A stretch of DNA of 64,000 nt, from positions 25,779,505 through 25,843,504 of the forward strand of contig JASCQW010000162.1 in NCBI GenBank assembly GCA_030264375.1, written 5' to 3'. This document shows, in pieces, positions 60,470 through 64,000 of the stretch. This stretch comes from Carcharhinus longimanus. Taxonomy: Eukaryota. The translations under genes were made by a program, and so were the position numbers. The first letter of the stretch is position 1; the number at the start of each line of letters is the position of its first letter. The notes under the pieces were generated by a model. That model ran no database searches, was not told the origin of the DNA, and worked only from the letters and a program-made list of their open reading frames with translations.

Positions 60470-61407
60470 TGTCGATGCCAACATTGGACGGGTGTAAACA
60501 CAGTAAGAAGCCTCAGAATAGCAGGTTAAAGTCCAACAGGTTTATTTGGCAGCAAAGGCCACTAGCTTTCGGAGCATTGCTCCTTTGTCAGGTAAATGGA
60601 AGTTTTGTTCACATACAGGGCATATAAAGACACAAACTCAATTNNNNNNNNNNNNNNNNNNNNNNNNNNNNNNNNNNNNNNNNNNNNNNNNNNNNNNNNN
60701 NNNNNNNNNNNNNNNNNNNNNNNNNNNNNNNNNNNNNNNNNNNNNNNNNNNNNNNNNNNNNNNNNNNNNNNNNNNNNNNNNNNNNNNNNNNNNNNNNNNN
60801 NNNNNNNNNNNNNNNNNNNNNNNNNNNNNNNNNNNNNNNNNNNNNNNNNNNNNNNNNNNNNNNNNNNNNNNNNNNNNNNNNNNNNNNNNNNNNNNNNNNN
60901 NNNNNNNNNNNNNNNNNNNNNNNNNNNNNNNNNNNNNNNNNNNNNNNNNNNNNNNNNNNNNNNNNNNNNNNNNNNNNNNNNNNNNNNNNNNNNNNNNNNN
61001 NNNNNNNNNNNNNNNNGAGTCACTGAGCAGAGACTGATAGCCAAGTTCTGCGCACATGAGGACGGCCTCAACTGGGATCTTGGGTTCATGTCACACTGTC
61101 TGTAACCCCCATGGCTTACCTGGGCTTGCAAAATCTCACTAACTGTCCTGTCTGGAGACATACATGTGTCTTTAACCTACGCTTAACCCTCTCTCCACTC
61201 TCATTGTCTGTACCTTTTAAGACTTGATTACCTGTAAAAACTCGCATTCCAACACATATTTTGTAAATTGAGTTCATGTCTTTATGTGCCCTGTTTGTGA
61301 ACAGAACTTCTTCTCACCTGAAGAAGGAGCAGCGCTCCGAAAGCTAGTGGCTCACGCTACCAAATAAACTTGTTGGACTTTAACCTGGCGTTGAGAGGCT
61401 TCTTAGA
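60470..61407 (+). mobile_element. Penelope-like element: inverted terminal repeat, gap, GIY-YIG C-terminus, 3' terminal repeat
   Basis: VTEQRLIAKFCAHEDGLNWDLGFMSHCL* resembles the PLE endonuclease end (E..I.....GLN); 60505-60643 is the reverse complement of 61267-61407. Confidence 0.88.
61314..61350 (+). ncRNA. Minimal type I hammerhead ribozyme motif (Penelope-type)
   Basis: tcac CTGAAGA a GGAGC agc GCTCC GAAA gc TA gtgg: core, stem II and stem I intact; palindromic AGCT stem III. Confidence 0.7.
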
Positions 61408-62572
61408 AGGAAAATGAACCAGGGAATGATAGTCCCCAAGCCCTTGTCTGATGTAAATAGCCTCAAGTATGATCTCTCTTGCAACCTGCTAACACTTTGG
61501 CATGTCAGCACTACTAAATTGAAAATAAGCCTTTAATTGATTCTCAGCACAAGTCAGATTGTTAGAATATAGAAGCAGGAGCAGGCTGCTTAGCTTCTCA
61601 AGCCTGTTCTACGTTGCATTAGCATGTGGCTAAGGCAATTCCATTCTGGCTTGTTCATCATCTCCTTGATACCTTTACCTGATGATAATGTCTTAGTCTT
61701 GGTCTTGAAATCCACAGTCTTCTGAAGGAAAGATTTCCAGATCTCTCAGTTTGTGTGAAAATATGCTTCTTGATTTCTTTCCAATTAGATTAACTTTGAT
61801 GTTGTGCCCACTTCCTCTGTTCGGGATTTATGTTTCAGGAAATAATTTATCCATTCTATTGAATTCCAAAGCTGTTATGTTATTCCTGAGCTTCAGGGCC
61901 CAGAACTAATTGCAGTACTGTAAATGGATTCTGATGAAGGTTCTGGACAATGAAAGCATCACATCCTTGCTTTGAATCCCTTTTTGAAGTACAGGTTATT
62001 ACTTCAGTATTGGTGCACTAGCTTTGTGTGTATGCGTTCCCATTGTGCTTCTAAACCCTTTATTTCTCCTTTACAGTCCTGATCTATTCCAAATAAAATG
62101 TTCCAGTTTGCCTTTCTTGGATCAGAGTGGGTGATCTCACTTCCTCATTTTGAACTTCACCTACCATTGTTTATCTGGCTGACTTTATGAAACTCCCTGT
62201 TCTTATCGTACAATTTACTGTACCTCTAAGTGTCATTTGCAAACTTAGACAAAAAATTCTTAATCCTTTATCAAAGTCATTAATATGTATTTTGTTACCA
62301 TCTTAAATGAGGCTAATAACTTTTATTAGGGAAAAAGAAGAAATCCAAAATCCTAGTTACTTAAAGAATGAAGCCACAAGGATCCACGGTTTAAAGCAAA
62401 ATAATTTTTATAATACAAGAGTCATACAAAGCAAACACTGTATACTATCATGGGTAAATGTGTTCTAAAACCTAGAATCGGCATAAGCTAAACTTCAATT
62501 AACAGGCAAGTTGTGGCCAGTTATAACCTAGAAATTGCATGTTAAATGGCAGATATGACTAAGACAGGTTTT

Positions 62573-62892
62573 CATAGAATCATTGAATACCTACAATGAA
62601 GTAGGCTGTTCAGCCTAACGAGCCTGCACCAATGACAATCCCACTCAGGCCCTATTCCTGTAACCTCACAGATTTACCCAACTAATTCCCCTGATGCCCC
62701 CTTAACACTAAAGAGCAATTTAGCATAGCCAATCAACTTAACCCGCATGTTTTTGGATTGTGGGAGGAAACCGGAGCACCTGGAGAAAACTCATTTTGAC
62801 ATTGGGAGAATGTGCATACTCCACATGGTCACCAGAAATCGAACCCGGGTCCCTGGCGCTGTGAAGCAGCAGTGCTAACCACTGTGCCGCCC
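62573..62892 (-). mobile_element. HE1-type V-SINE
   Basis: catagaatcattgaa...agtgctaaccactgtgccgccc. Confidence 0.88.
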
Positions 62893-63159
62893 ACTCATCA
62901 CAATCCGGTTTTATAAACTGGCTCAGCAATCTACTCAACATAGGATCATTAAGCTTAGTTGTTTCAACCAGATGTTTTTGGTTTCCAATCTCAGTTTTAG
63001 CCTTAGTTTTTTTCACAACTGACAGGGCAAGTTTCTCTTTCTGGTCTCTCCTTTTGGGTAGGTACTTTCTCAAAAAAAATACAAGCCTTGACCACTGACT
63101 CCATCACAATGTCTTGTGAAAAGCTCATTACTTTTAACATCATTGCTTCACTGCCAAGA

Positions 63160-63935
63160 TCAAAGAACAGTACGGCATAGGAACAGGCCCTTTGGCCCAC
63201 CAAATCTGTACCAAAACAGATGCCTCTCTCATCTAACATTTTCTTCTACGCCCCTATGTGATCCGTATCCCTCTACTCCCTGCCTATTCGTGTATCAATC
63301 CAGATGCGTCTTGAACGTTGTTATAGAATCTACTTCCGCTATCACTTCTGGTAGTGCGTTCTAGGCATTCACCACGCTTACATCTCTTTAAACGTTCCCC
63401 CTCTTGCTTTCAATCTATGCCAAGCAATTGACCCTTTGACCCTGGGAGAAAGACTCTGACTATCCACTCTATCCAAACTTGTCGTAATCTTGCAAACCTC
63501 TATCAGGCCCCACCCACCTCCCTCATCCTCTGATGCTCCAGTGAAAACAATCCAAGTTTGTTCAACCTTTCTTTAACGCCCTGATCGATGAAGGCCAGCA
63601 TGCCATATGTCATCTTGACCACCTTGTTCACCTGAATTGCCACCTTCAGGAAACTGGGGATCTGCACTCTTGGATCCTTCTTTATGCTAATATTTCTGAG
63701 GGCTCTACCATTTACTGTATATTTTCCTTCTGCAGTAACCCTTCCAAATCGCAGCACCTCATATTTGCCTGCGTTAAATTCTGTCCGCCATTCTGTGGCA
63801 TAGGTCTCCAGCTGATTTATATTCTGCTGTATCCTCTGACAGTCCGCTACTCCCTCAATTTTTGTATCATCTGCCAATTTATTAATCAAACGACCTACAT
63901 TTTCCTCCAAATCATATTACAAACAACAGAGGCCC
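63160..63935 (-). mobile_element. CR1 LINE 3' part with internal deletion
   Basis: Minus ORF KLADDTKIEGV...EFNAGKYEVLRFG...ERLNKLGLFSLE. Confidence 0.88.
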
Positions 63936-64000
63936 CAACACTTTAATCTCAATGTCCATTTTCTTTAAACTCACTTACTTTCCACAATTCATTGTTCTCT

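Overview
Vertebrate genomic DNA, most likely from a shark (inferred from HE1-type V-SINEs, Deu-domain SINEs, and CR1/L2/Rex1/Penelope repeats). It is a draft assembly with 9 N-gaps. The window holds the upstream region and first 12 coding exons of FXR1 (fragile X-related 1) on the + strand: ATG at 12874, 1276 nt spliced in frame with GT-AG introns, covering Agenet x2, KH0, KH1, KH2, NES and the start of the RG-rich region. The gene continues past the window end. Everything else is intronic or intergenic and dominated by decayed transposable elements, plus an RPL23 processed pseudogene in intron 10. No wholly new system is demonstrable from sequence alone. The best leads are RNA-level features of the FXR1 pre-mRNA: Penelope-derived hairpins on both sides of in-frame exon 4, an intact sense-strand minimal hammerhead ribozyme motif in intron 12, a candidate alternative-terminal or poison exon in intron 11, and an exon 12 lacking the splice sites of the mammalian internal intron. 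Repeat boundaries were set by eye and are approximate.
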